DNA of 64,000 nucleotides from Alphaproteobacteria bacterium (GTDB lineage: Bacteria; Pseudomonadota; Alphaproteobacteria; MPNO01). The stretch is from positions 99,425-163,424 of the forward strand of contig CBDBCV010000010.1 of assembly GCA_965203455.1 (NCBI GenBank). Direction: 5' to 3'. The notes under the pieces are model-generated. The model had not been told where the DNA came from, searched no databases, and saw nothing but the letters and a program-made list of their open reading frames with translations. The number at the start of each line of letters is the position of its first letter. Position 1 is the first letter of the stretch. This document shows positions 1 to 8,896 of the stretch, one piece after another. The position numbers were made by a program, and so were the translations under genes.

Positions 1-1740
1 GAAACGCGGGGCGCGGTCGCGGTCCACGACGCCGGGCGCGACGTGCTGGAGCTTTACGGCGCGACCAAGCGGCCGCATTTCAACCGCGACCAGATGGCCG
101 CGGCGCTCGGGCGCGCGCCCTCTTCGGTCCAGTTCTACGAGGGGCAGATCGGCGGCGGATTCGGCGTGCGCGGCGAGCTCTACCCGGAGGAGTATCTGGT
201 CTGCGCGGCGGCGCTCCGGCTCGGCCGGCCGGTCAAATGGATCGAGGACCGCTGGGAGCATTTGCAGGCGACCAACCATTCGCGCGAGCAGACTCACCGG
301 ATCCGCGCGGCGGTGGATGCCGACGGCACGGTGCGCGGCGTCGACGGCGCGTTCCTGCACGACCAGGGCGCCTATATCCGCACCCACGGCGTGCGCGTCC
401 CCGACATGACGGCAGGCATGATGCCGGGCCCCTACCGAATCCCGGCCTACCGGTCGCGCGGGCACGTCCGGCTGACCAACAAGACGCCGGCCGCGACCTA
501 CCGCTCGCCCGGCCGCTACGAGGCGACATTCGCCCGCGAACGCCTGCTCGATGCCGTCGCCGCGCGTCTGAATGCCGACCCGGTCGACATCAGGCGCCGC
601 AACCTGATCGCGCCGGAGCAAATGCCGTTCGCGGGCGGCATCGACACCATCGACCACGAAGTCGTTTACGACTCGGGCGATTACGCGAAGCTGCTCGACA
701 AGGCGCTGGCGCGCGCCGGCTGGGATGAAATGCAGGCCGAAATGTCGACCCGCCGCGCGAACGGCGAGCTGGCCGGCGCCGGACTCGCGCTGTTCGTCGA
801 GAAGAGCGGCCCCGGCCCGGCCGACGGGGTGCGTATCCGGGTCGACGTCACCGGCGCGGTCGAGCTGCTCACCGGCGGCGCCTCGCTCGGCCAGGGATTC
901 GAGACGGTCATGGCCCAGATCTGCGCCGAGACGCTCGGGGTCGACTACCGCCGGGTGCGCGTCGTCCACGGCCGCACCGACCTGATCGATTACGGCTTCG
1001 GCGCGCATTCCTCGCGGGCCACGGTGATGACCGGCGAAGCGGTCCGGATCGCCAGCGAAAAGCTGCGCGCCAGGGCGGTCGAGGCGGCGGCGGAACTGCT
1101 GCAGGCACCCGCCGAAACGCTCGACGTCGCGGACGGCCGGGTGGCGCGCACCGACCGCTTGGGCGGCGCGGAGATCGGCCTCGGCGAGATCGCCCGCCGG
1201 CTGGCGCCGGGCTCGCCGCTGCTCGCGGGGCGCGATCCGGGCCTCTCCGCGGAGGGCTGGCACCGCACCGACCTGATGGCCTACCCCTACGGCGTCCACA
1301 TCGCCCAGGTCCGCGTCGACCCGGGCACCGGCGCCGTCGAGGTCGAGCGGTTCCTCGTCGCCTACGACGTCGGCCGCGCGGTGAACCCGATGCTGATCGA
1401 CGGCCAGCTCGCCGGCGGCTGCGTCCAGGGGCTCGGCGGGGCGCTGCTTGAGGAATTCCGATACGACGAAACCGGCGCGCCGCTCTCGGTCACCTTCGCC
1501 GACTACCTGATGCCGACGCTCGCCGAGACCCCGCCCATCGACCTGCTGCTGACCGAGGACGCGCCGAGCCCCTATAACGGCCTGGGCGTCAAGGGCGCCG
1601 GCGAGGGCGGCATCAACGCCGTCGGCGCCGCCATAGCCTCCGCCATCGACGCCGCCATCGGCGTTCCAGGCGCCATCGACCGCTTGCCAGTCACGCCGGA
1701 GCGGCTGCGGGCGGTGCTGAAGGCGGCGGGGAGGGTGTAG
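1..1740 (+). CDS. Xanthine dehydrogenase-family molybdopterin-binding large subunit (CoxL/CutL-like), 5' part outside window
   Basis: Frame is open from base 1 (ETRGAVAVHD...). Motifs GQIGGGFG, TYRSPGR, GQGFET, QLAGGCVQGLG and GVKGAGEGG are typical of Mo-hydroxylase large subunits. Confidence 0.9.
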   Translation, partial: ETRGAVAVHDAGRDVLELYGATKRPHFNRDQMAAALGRAPSSVQFYEGQIGGGFGVRGELYPEEYLVCAAALRLGRPVKWIEDRWEHLQATNHSREQTHRIRAAVDADGTVRGVDGAFLHDQGAYIRTHGVRVPDMTAGMMPGPYRIPAYRSRGHVRLTNKTPAATYRSPGRYEATFARERLLDAVAARLNADPVDIRRRNLIAPEQMPFAGGIDTIDHEVVYDSGDYAKLLDKALARAGWDEMQAEMSTRRANGELAGAGLALFVEKSGPGPADGVRIRVDVTGAVELLTGGASLGQGFETVMAQICAETLGVDYRRVRVVHGRTDLIDYGFGAHSSRATVMTGEAVRIASEKLRARAVEAAAELLQAPAETLDVADGRVARTDRLGGAEIGLGEIARRLAPGSPLLAGRDPGLSAEGWHRTDLMAYPYGVHIAQVRVDPGTGAVEVERFLVAYDVGRAVNPMLIDGQLAGGCVQGLGGALLEEFRYDETGAPLSVTFADYLMPTLAETPPIDLLLTEDAPSPYNGLGVKGAGEGGINAVGAAIASAIDAAIGVPGAIDRLPVTPERLRAVLKAAGRV

Positions 1741-1762
1741 AGCGTATCCGTCGCTACCGTTG

Positions 1763-1898
1763 CGGCCTTCTCGTCATTTCGACCGGAGCGCAGCGAAGCG
1801 GAGAAATCTGCCAGCCCCTGTATCGCGGCTCCATGCGTGACGGATATCTCCGCTCCGCCGCCCTCCGAACGGCTCCGGTCGATATGACGAGAAGGCCG
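1763..1898. repeat. CGTC-type palindromic REP-like element
   Basis: 27-bp terminal inverted repeats 1763-1789 (cggccttctcgtcatttcgaccggagc) and 1872-1898, one mismatch. Inner inverted pair gcggagaaatc/gatatctccgc. Lies between convergent genes. Confidence 0.8.
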
Positions 1899-1932
1899 GA
1901 GGGCGGCCGCCCGACCCCGCGCCGCATCCCTT

Positions 1933-2655
1933 TCAGTACGCGCGCACCACCTCGCCGTGCCGGGTGCAGTCGGCGGCGGCGAGGTCGACGAAGATGTCGC
2001 CGAGCGCGTCGGGCGGCCTGAGCGTTTCGGGGTCCTCGCCGGGATAGGCCGCGGCGCGCATCGCGGTTCGCGTGCCGCCGGGGTCGACGACGTTGACGCG
2101 GAGCCGCGTCCTCGCCGTCTCCGCCGCCCAGGAAAGCGCCATCGTCTCCAGCCCCGCCTTGGAGACCGCGTAGCTTCCCCAGTAGGGGCGCGCGCCCCGG
2201 CCCGCGCCGGAGCCGACGAAGATCGCGCGGCCCGCCTCGACGGCGCGCAGGATCGGGTCGAAAGCGCGGATCAGGCGGAAATTGGCGCTGAGGTTGACGG
2301 CGAGCACCCGGTCCCATTCCTTCGGGTCGATCTGGTGCACCGGTCCCAGCGTCCCCAGCATTCCGGCATTCGCGACCAGGACGTCGAGGCGGCCGAAACG
2401 CTCCGAGATGGCGGCCGCGAGCCTGTCCGCGGCGCTCGCTTCGGCCAGGTCCACCTCCACCAGGGTGGCCGACCGGGCGCCGTCCGAAGCGGCCCGGATT
2501 TCGTCGTCGACCTCTTCCAGCCCGCCCACGCTGCGCGCCGCCAGCACCGGCCTCGCCCCTTCCGCGGCGAAGCGGCGCGCGACCGCCGCGCCGATCCCGC
2601 GCGACGCGCCGGTGATCAGCGCGACGCGCCCTTCGAGACGCGGCGCCGCCGCCAT
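1933..2655 (-). CDS. SDR family oxidoreductase (YciK-like)
   Basis: TGASRGIG Rossmann motif, NAG, YAVSK catalytic motif; abuts the purF stop. Confidence 0.9.
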   Translation of the reverse strand: MAAAPRLEGRVALITGASRGIGAAVARRFAAEGARPVLAARSVGGLEEVDDEIRAASDGARSATLVEVDLAEASAADRLAAAISERFGRLDVLVANAGMLGTLGPVHQIDPKEWDRVLAVNLSANFRLIRAFDPILRAVEAGRAIFVGSGAGRGARPYWGSYAVSKAGLETMALSWAAETARTRLRVNVVDPGGTRTAMRAAAYPGEDPETLRPPDALGDIFVDLAAADCTRHGEVVRAY

Positions 2656-4125
2656 TCAGCGCGTCTCCGCGAGCAGCGAGAGCTGGCCGTCGGTGTCTCC
2701 TTCGTGGCGGTCGACGAGGGCGATGGGATAGTTGCCGGAAAAGCAGGCGTCGCAGAACCTAGGCGCCGTCTCGTCGCGGCCCGGCTCCCCCAGCGCGCGA
2801 TAGAGCCCGTCGAGGGAGAGGTAGGCGAGGCTGTCGACGCCGATGAGCCGCATCATCTCCTCGACGTCGTGGCGCGCCGCCAGGAGCTCGCTCCGTTCCG
2901 GCGTATCCACGCCGTAAAAACAGGAATGGGTGGTCGGCGGCGACGCGATGCGCATGTGGACTTCCGCCGCGCCGGCGTTGCGCACCATCTCGACGATCTT
3001 GGTCGACGTCGTGCCGCGGACGATGCTGTCGTCGACCAGGATCACCCGCTTGCCGCGGATCAGGTTGCGGTTCGCGTTGTGCTTGAGCTTGACGCCGAGG
3101 TGGCGGATGCGGTCGCTCGGCTCGATGAAGGTTCGCCCGACATAGTGGTTGCGGATGATGCCGATCTCGTAGGGAATCGCGGCCTCGCGGGCGTAGCCGA
3201 GCGCCGCCGGCACGCCGGAGTCCGGGATCGGGATCACCAGGTCGGCCTCGACCGGCTGCTCGCGGGCCAACTCTTCGCCGATGCGGCGGCGCGCCTCGTA
3301 CACGTTGACCGAATCGACTGTCGAGTCGGGCCGGGAAAAGTAGATGTACTCGAACACGCAGAACCGCTTCGGGCGGGGCGCGAAGGGCGCGAAGCTCTCC
3401 ACGCCCGCCGCGCCGATCGTCACGATCTCGCCCGGCTCGACGTCGCGCACATATTCGGCGCCGATGATGTCGAGCGCGCAGGTCTCCGAGGCGAGGATCC
3501 AGCCCTCCCCGATCCGCCCCAGCACCAGCGGCCGCACGCCGAGCGGGTCCCGGACGCCGATCATCGCCGTGTCGGTCATCGCGACGAGGGAATAGGCGCC
3601 GACGATCTGTTCCAGCGCGTCCACCAGGCGATCCACCAGCGCATCCTCCGTCGAGGTCGCGATCAGGTGGATGATGACCTCGGTGTCGGTGGTGGAATGG
3701 AACAGGCATCCGCGCTCCACCAGCGCGCGGCGGATGCGCCGCGCGTTGGTGAGGTTGCCGTTATGCCCGATCGCGAAACCGCCCGAGGACAGATCCGCGA
3801 ACAGGGGCTGGATGTTGCGCAGCACCGCCTCTCCGGTGGTCGAATAGCGGTTGTGGCCCATCGCCCGGTCGCCCGGAAGGCGCCGGATCACCGCTTCGTC
3901 GCTGAAATTCTCGCCCACCTCGCCGGGCGCGTGGTGGCCGTGGAACCGCTCGCCGTCGAAGGAGACGATCCCGGCCGCTTCCTGTCCCCGGTGCTGGAGC
4001 GCGTGCAGGCCGAGCGCGGTCAGCGCGGCGGCGTCGGCGTGGTTCCACACGCCGAACACGCCGCATTCCTCGCGCGGCTTGTCGTCGGTCTCGCCCGTGC
4101 GAACGGCCATGCGCGCGACGCTCAT
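2656..4125 (-). CDS. purF: Amidophosphoribosyltransferase
   Basis: EECGVFG processing/catalytic Cys, QHRGQE, GHNRYST, VDDSIVRGTT PRPP loop. ATG 4125 overlaps the cvpA TGA; the track ORF start at 4371 is over-extended. Confidence 0.97.
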   Translation of the reverse strand: MSVARMAVRTGETDDKPREECGVFGVWNHADAAALTALGLHALQHRGQEAAGIVSFDGERFHGHHAPGEVGENFSDEAVIRRLPGDRAMGHNRYSTTGEAVLRNIQPLFADLSSGGFAIGHNGNLTNARRIRRALVERGCLFHSTTDTEVIIHLIATSTEDALVDRLVDALEQIVGAYSLVAMTDTAMIGVRDPLGVRPLVLGRIGEGWILASETCALDIIGAEYVRDVEPGEIVTIGAAGVESFAPFAPRPKRFCVFEYIYFSRPDSTVDSVNVYEARRRIGEELAREQPVEADLVIPIPDSGVPAALGYAREAAIPYEIGIIRNHYVGRTFIEPSDRIRHLGVKLKHNANRNLIRGKRVILVDDSIVRGTTSTKIVEMVRNAGAAEVHMRIASPPTTHSCFYGVDTPERSELLAARHDVEEMMRLIGVDSLAYLSLDGLYRALGEPGRDETAPRFCDACFSGNYPIALVDRHEGDTDGQLSLLAETR

Positions 4126-4778
4126 TGGTTTGCGTTGAAGAGGCGGTCCATCTCGCGCCGCTCGTCCTTGCTGTAGCCCGACTTTTCCTTCTGCTCCGGT
4201 TTCTCCGGAACCGGTGTCATCAGCCGCTTCGCATCCTCCCCGGCATCGGCCGGCGCCGCCGGCGCAATGTCCGCCGTTCCGCTGGCCCGACGCCACTCTT
4301 CCGGCAGCAGGGAAATCAGCGAGCGCGCGGTCCATCCCAGCAGCGGCGCGGTCCGGGAACCCTGCAGCCATTCCGGGCGTTCGCCCTCGCGGGCCGGAAT
4401 TTCGAGCAGGCGTTCCGCCACCAGGTAGCCGCCCGAGGTTATCACGATTCCGAGCGCCAGACCGGCCACCAGGCCGAGGGAACGGTCGACCGCCCCCAGC
4501 GCGGTTCCCCGCACTCTCTCCGCGATCAAGTGCGTGAGGATCGTGAAGACCACGAGCCCCACCAGAAACACGGTGCCGCCCGCCGCGAGGTCGGCGAGGA
4601 GGGGGCTTTCGATCCAGTCCCGCGCGGTGGGCCGAAGGAGCGGCAGGCCGTACACGGTCAAAATCGCCGCGCCGATCCAGCTGCCGATGCCGAGCAGCAC
4701 GCGGACCACGCCGAGCCAGAGCCCGAGCAGCCCGCCCAGGACGACGACCGCGATCACCGCGAAGTCGAGCGGGGACAT
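4122..4778 (-). CDS. cvpA: CvpA family membrane protein
   Basis: Four hydrophobic segments, DRSLGLVAG motif, usual position upstream of purF. Confidence 0.88.
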   Translation of the reverse strand: MSPLDFAVIAVVVLGGLLGLWLGVVRVLLGIGSWIGAAILTVYGLPLLRPTARDWIESPLLADLAAGGTVFLVGLVVFTILTHLIAERVRGTALGAVDRSLGLVAGLALGIVITSGGYLVAERLLEIPAREGERPEWLQGSRTAPLLGWTARSLISLLPEEWRRASGTADIAPAAPADAGEDAKRLMTPVPEKPEQKEKSGYSKDERREMDRLFNANQ

Positions 4779-4779
4779 A

Positions 4780-6186
4780 TCAGGCCTCCCGCCGTTGCGG
4801 CCAGTCCGCGTCGTGCGCGGGGCGGGGCGGTCCGAACATCGCCACCAGATCGTTCAGATGGCCGATATGCGTGACCTCGATGCCCGTTTCGGGCGGCGGC
4901 TCGCCGTTGCCGCGCGCCGGCGCGATGGCCCGCGAGAAACCGAGCTTGGACGCCTCGCGCAGCCTGAGCGCCCGGCGGCCGACGCCGCGCACCTCTCCGC
5001 CCAGGCCGACTTCGCCGAACATGACGGCCTCCGGCGGCGCAGGGCGGTCGGAGGCGGCCGACAGCACCGCGCCGGCCACCGCCAGATCGGCGGCGGGCTC
5101 GGCGATCCGCATCCCTCCCGCGACGTTGAGATAGACGTCGCGGCCGGCAAGACCGATCCCGCAGCGGGTCTCCAGCACCGCGAGCACCATGGCGAGCCTC
5201 GCCGAATCCCAGCCCACGACCGCGCGCCGCGGCGTGGCGAGCGGCGAGGGGGCGACCAGCGCCTGGATCTCCACCAGGACCGGTCGGGTTCCCTCCATCC
5301 CGGCGAAGACGGCGGCGCCCGGGACGTCGTCCTGGCGCTCGGCGAGGAACAGCGCCGAGGGGTTGGCGACCTCGATCAGGCCGCGACCCGTCATCTCGAA
5401 CACGCCGATCTCGTCGGTCGGGCCGAAGCGGTTCTTCAGGCCGCGCAGCAGGCGGAACTCGTGGCCGCTCCTGCCTTCGAAGTAGAACACGCCGTCGACC
5501 ATGTGTTCGAGCACCCGCGGACCCGCGATGGATCCGTCCTTGGTGACGTGTCCGACCAGCAGCAGGCAGAAACCGCGGCGCTTCGCGAGCTGGATCAGCT
5601 CCTGCGCGCTGGCGCGGACCTGGGCTACCGTTCCGGGCGCGGATTCAAGCGTGTCGACATACATCGTCTGGATCGAATCGACCACCACCGCCCGCGGCGC
5701 CTCGCCGCTCTCGAGGGTGGTGGCGATGTCGCGGACGTTGGTCGCCGTGGCGAGGCCCACCGGGGCGTCGCCGAGGCCGAGCCGCCGGGCGCGCAGGCGG
5801 ATCTGGTCGATCGCCTCCTCGCCCGAGATGTAGACCACGGGCACCGTCCCGGCGAGCGACCCCGCGACCTGCAGCAGCATGGTGGATTTGCCGATGCCCG
5901 GATCGCCGCCGACGAGCAGGGCCGAGCCGCCCACCAAGCCGCCCCCGGTGACGCGGTCGAATTCCGCGATGCCGCTGGCGAGCCGGGGCGCATCCGCGCC
6001 GCTTCCGACGAGCGGAACGAAGTCGATCGCCGTCCCTTGCCCCGCGCCCAGACCCCGGGGCGCGGAGGGGCGGGCCTGTTCCTCGACGATGGAGTTCCAT
6101 TCGCCGCAGGCGTCGCATTTGCCGCTCCACTTGGGAAACACGGCGCCGCATTCCTGGCAGACATACCGGCTGGCCTGACGGGCCAT
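4780..6186 (-). CDS. radA: DNA repair protein RadA/Sms
   Basis: N-terminal CQECG...CDAC zinc finger, GDPGIGKST Walker A, KNRFG motif, Lon-like C-terminus. Confidence 0.97.
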   Translation of the reverse strand: MARQASRYVCQECGAVFPKWSGKCDACGEWNSIVEEQARPSAPRGLGAGQGTAIDFVPLVGSGADAPRLASGIAEFDRVTGGGLVGGSALLVGGDPGIGKSTMLLQVAGSLAGTVPVVYISGEEAIDQIRLRARRLGLGDAPVGLATATNVRDIATTLESGEAPRAVVVDSIQTMYVDTLESAPGTVAQVRASAQELIQLAKRRGFCLLLVGHVTKDGSIAGPRVLEHMVDGVFYFEGRSGHEFRLLRGLKNRFGPTDEIGVFEMTGRGLIEVANPSALFLAERQDDVPGAAVFAGMEGTRPVLVEIQALVAPSPLATPRRAVVGWDSARLAMVLAVLETRCGIGLAGRDVYLNVAGGMRIAEPAADLAVAGAVLSAASDRPAPPEAVMFGEVGLGGEVRGVGRRALRLREASKLGFSRAIAPARGNGEPPPETGIEVTHIGHLNDLVAMFGPPRPAHDADWPQRREA

Positions 6187-6210
6187 TCTCGATGCCTCCC
6201 GCGGCCGGTC

Positions 6211-7008
6211 TCAGGCCGCGTGGACGGTGGTACGGATCGGACCCTCCGTCCGGCCGTGGATGAACTGGTCGACCGCCGCGTTGCCGCTCTTCTCGATGTC
6301 CCCGGCGGGACCGGCCCAGATGATCCTGCCGCCGTGGATCATCGCGATCCGGTCCGCGATCCTGCGCGCGCTCGCCATGTCGTGGGTGATGGTGAGCGCC
6401 GTCGCGCCGAGCCCGTCGACGCAGTCGACGATCAGCTCGTTGATGACGTTACCCATGATCGGGTCGAGCCCGGTGGTGGGCTCGTCGAAAAACAGGATTT
6501 GCGGCCCCGTCGCGATGGCGCGCGCAAGCCCCACCCGCTTTTGCATGCCGCCCGAGAGCTCGGCGGGGTAGCGGTCGGCCTGGGCGCGGCCGAGGCCGAC
6601 ATGGGCGAGCTTCGCCAGCGCGGTATCGCGCGCCTCGCGCCGCGGCATTCCCATGTTGTTGACCAGGCCGAAGGCGACATTTTCCCACACCGTCATGCTG
6701 TCGAACAGCGCCGCCCCCTGGAACAGCACGCCGAACCTGCCGAGGATTTCGTCCCGCGCCCTGCCCGAGAGCCCGACGGTTTCCACGCCGTCGATCTCGA
6801 CGCTGCCCGAGTCCGGCCGCATGAGCCCGATGACGTTCTTGACCAGGACCGATTTCCCGGTTCCCGATCCGCCGATCACCGCCAGCGACTCGCCCCTGCC
6901 GATGTCGAGGTCGAGACCGTCCAGCACGCGGTTGCGCCCGAACGCCTTGCACAGGCCCCGGATCCGGATCGCCGGATCCACCACCGTCGCCGTCGGGTCC
7001 CCGGTCAT
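6211..7008 (-). CDS. mlaF: MlaF-type ABC ATP-binding protein
   Basis: GGSGTGKS, LSGGMQKRV, FFDEPTTGLDP, THD. ATG 7008 overlaps the mlaE stop. Confidence 0.88.
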   Translation of the reverse strand: MTGDPTATVVDPAIRIRGLCKAFGRNRVLDGLDLDIGRGESLAVIGGSGTGKSVLVKNVIGLMRPDSGSVEIDGVETVGLSGRARDEILGRFGVLFQGAALFDSMTVWENVAFGLVNNMGMPRREARDTALAKLAHVGLGRAQADRYPAELSGGMQKRVGLARAIATGPQILFFDEPTTGLDPIMGNVINELIVDCVDGLGATALTITHDMASARRIADRIAMIHGGRIIWAGPAGDIEKSGNAAVDQFIHGRTEGPIRTTVHAA

Positions 7009-7778
7009 CGCGCGAAGAACGCCTCGGTGATCAGATAGTTGAACGCGAGGATCAGCACCGACGCCGACACGACCGCGTTGGTCGTCGCCGTGCCAACGCC
7101 CTGCGCGCCGCCCCGCGAGTGGTAGCCGTGGTAGCACCCCATCAGCGCGATCAGGAAGCCGAACACCGCCGCCTTGACGAGGCCGGACACCACGTCGAGG
7201 ACCTCGAGATACTGGAACGTGCTCTTGAGATAGACCGACGTGTTGAAGCCGAGCTTGTTGACCGCCAGCAGATACCCGCCGAACACGCCGATCACGTCGG
7301 CCGCCAGCACGCAGAGCGGCAGGGTGAGCGTCCCGGCGATGAGGCGCGGCGCCACGAGATACTTGAACGGGTTGGTGGAAAGCGCGGTCAGCGCGTCGAT
7401 CTGCTCGGTGACCCGCATGGTGCCGATCTCGGCCGCCATCGCGGCGCCGATCCGGCCGGCCACCATCAGCCCCGCGAATACCGGGGCGAGTTCGCGCGTG
7501 ATGGACAGCACCACGATGACCGCGACCGCGCTCTCGGCGTTGAAGCGCGAAAATCCGCTGTAGCTCTGAAGCGCCAGCACCATGCCGGCGAACAGCGCCG
7601 TCAGCCCGACCACCGGCAGGGAGTAATACCCCACCTCGATCATCTGGCGGCCGATCAGGCGGAAGTGGAACGGCGGGCGGACGCAGTGCATGGCGCCCGT
7701 GCCGGCGAACAGCGTCAGGCGGCCCGCGGCGGCGAGGAAATTGAGCGTCGCGCGCCCGACCGAGGCCACCGCGTTCAT
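7005..7778 (-). CDS. mlaE: MlaE family ABC permease
   Basis: RELAPVFAGLMVAGRIGAAMAAEIGTMRVTEQIDAL and VGTATTNAVV signatures. Confidence 0.93.
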   Translation of the reverse strand: MNAVASVGRATLNFLAAAGRLTLFAGTGAMHCVRPPFHFRLIGRQMIEVGYYSLPVVGLTALFAGMVLALQSYSGFSRFNAESAVAVIVVLSITRELAPVFAGLMVAGRIGAAMAAEIGTMRVTEQIDALTALSTNPFKYLVAPRLIAGTLTLPLCVLAADVIGVFGGYLLAVNKLGFNTSVYLKSTFQYLEVLDVVSGLVKAAVFGFLIALMGCYHGYHSRGGAQGVGTATTNAVVSASVLILAFNYLITEAFFAR

Positions 7779-8896
7779 GCGCGCGAACCGTTCCCGCCGC
7801 CGCGATAGACGCGCCGCACGCGACCCCCGATCCGCGCCAGGATCTCGTAGCCGATCGTGCCCGCCTCGGCGGCGAGCGCGTCCGCGTCGTGATCGTCGTC
7901 GATGAGGTCGACGGCACGGCCCGGGCGCACGAGGTCGGGCGCTACTCCGGTTACGTCAAGGGTGGCGAGGTCCATGGAAACCCGTCCGACGAGCGGCACC
8001 GTCCTGCCCGCGATGCGCCCGCCGCCGCGATCGCCCAGGGCGCGCGGCAGCCCGTCGGCGTAGCCCATCGCTATCGTGGCGAGCGTGGAGCCGACGGCGA
8101 TCAGGCGGTCGGCACCGTATCCAACGGGTGTTTCGGAGTCAACGAACCGGGTCTGCAGGATCCTCGCCTGCAGCCGGACCGCGCGCTTCATCGGGTTCGG
8201 CCGTTCCGGCACGACGGAAAGCCCGTATAGCGCAGCGCCCGGGCGAACCAGGTCGTAATGGAAATCCGGTCCGAGGAAGATTCCGGCGGAGTTGGCGATA
8301 GAGGCCGGCGCGGCCGGAAGAGTTGCCCGCATCGTGTCGAAGGCCGCCTTCTGGCGGGCGTTGAGGGGATGGGCAGGCGTATCGGCGCATGCGAGGTGGC
8401 TCATCGCGCAGGCGATTTCGATCCCCGCGAGCCGGTCGGGTTCGGCGGCGAGTGTCGCCGTGTCCGCCGCACCGAGCCCGAGCCGGGTCATGCCGGTATC
8501 GAGCATCAGCGCCGCGCGCCGGCCGCCCCGGCCGCGCGCGTGCCGGGACCAGATCGCCACGCCTTCCAGCGTGCCCAGGACGGGCGTCAGCGCATGGCGG
8601 TCGTAGCGCGCCGTCTCGCCCTCCACCCGGCCGTCGAGGACGAAAATTTCCGCCGGCGCCTCGGCGAGCGCCTTTCTGAGCGCGATGCCCTCCCCCGGGC
8701 AGGCGACGAAGAACGTCCGGCATCCCGCCCAGCTCAGCGCGGGGCCGACCTCGGCGGCGCCCAGCCCGTAGGCGTCCGCCTTGACCACCGCGGCGCAATC
8801 CGCGCCCGCCGCGCGGCCGGCGAGCGCGCGCCAGTTGTCCGCGACCGCGTCGAGGTCGACGGTCATCCACGCGCGGTCGGTGGGGCCGGCGCTCAG
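7775..8896 (-). CDS. alr: Alanine racemase (probable CTG start at 8896; first ATG at 8866)
   Basis: AVVKADAYGLG PLP-lysine motif, MSHLACAD, GYADG, GRVSMD. Confidence 0.95.
   Translation of the reverse strand: MSAGPTDRAWMTVDLDAVADNWRALAGRAAGADCAAVVKADAYGLGAAEVGPALSWAGCRTFFVACPGEGIALRKALAEAPAEIFVLDGRVEGETARYDRHALTPVLGTLEGVAIWSRHARGRGGRRAALMLDTGMTRLGLGAADTATLAAEPDRLAGIEIACAMSHLACADTPAHPLNARQKAAFDTMRATLPAAPASIANSAGIFLGPDFHYDLVRPGAALYGLSVVPERPNPMKRAVRLQARILQTRFVDSETPVGYGADRLIAVGSTLATIAMGYADGLPRALGDRGGGRIAGRTVPLVGRVSMDLATLDVTGVAPDLVRPGRAVDLIDDDHDADALAAEAGTIGYEILARIGGRVRRVYRGGGNGSRA

Noticed and set aside
1-1740. Aerobic CO dehydrogenase (coxL) call
   Set aside because: The active-site loop lacks the AYxCSFR and AYxGAGR signatures.
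1957-7038. Long plus-strand ORFs 1957-4176 and 4534-7038
   Set aside because: Antisense shadows of SDR/purF and radA/mlaF, expected in high-GC DNA; no recognisable motifs.
6211-7778. mlaEF without mlaD/C as a novel transporter
   Set aside because: This placement between alr and radA is, from memory, a common alphaproteobacterial arrangement; the other mla genes are probably elsewhere.
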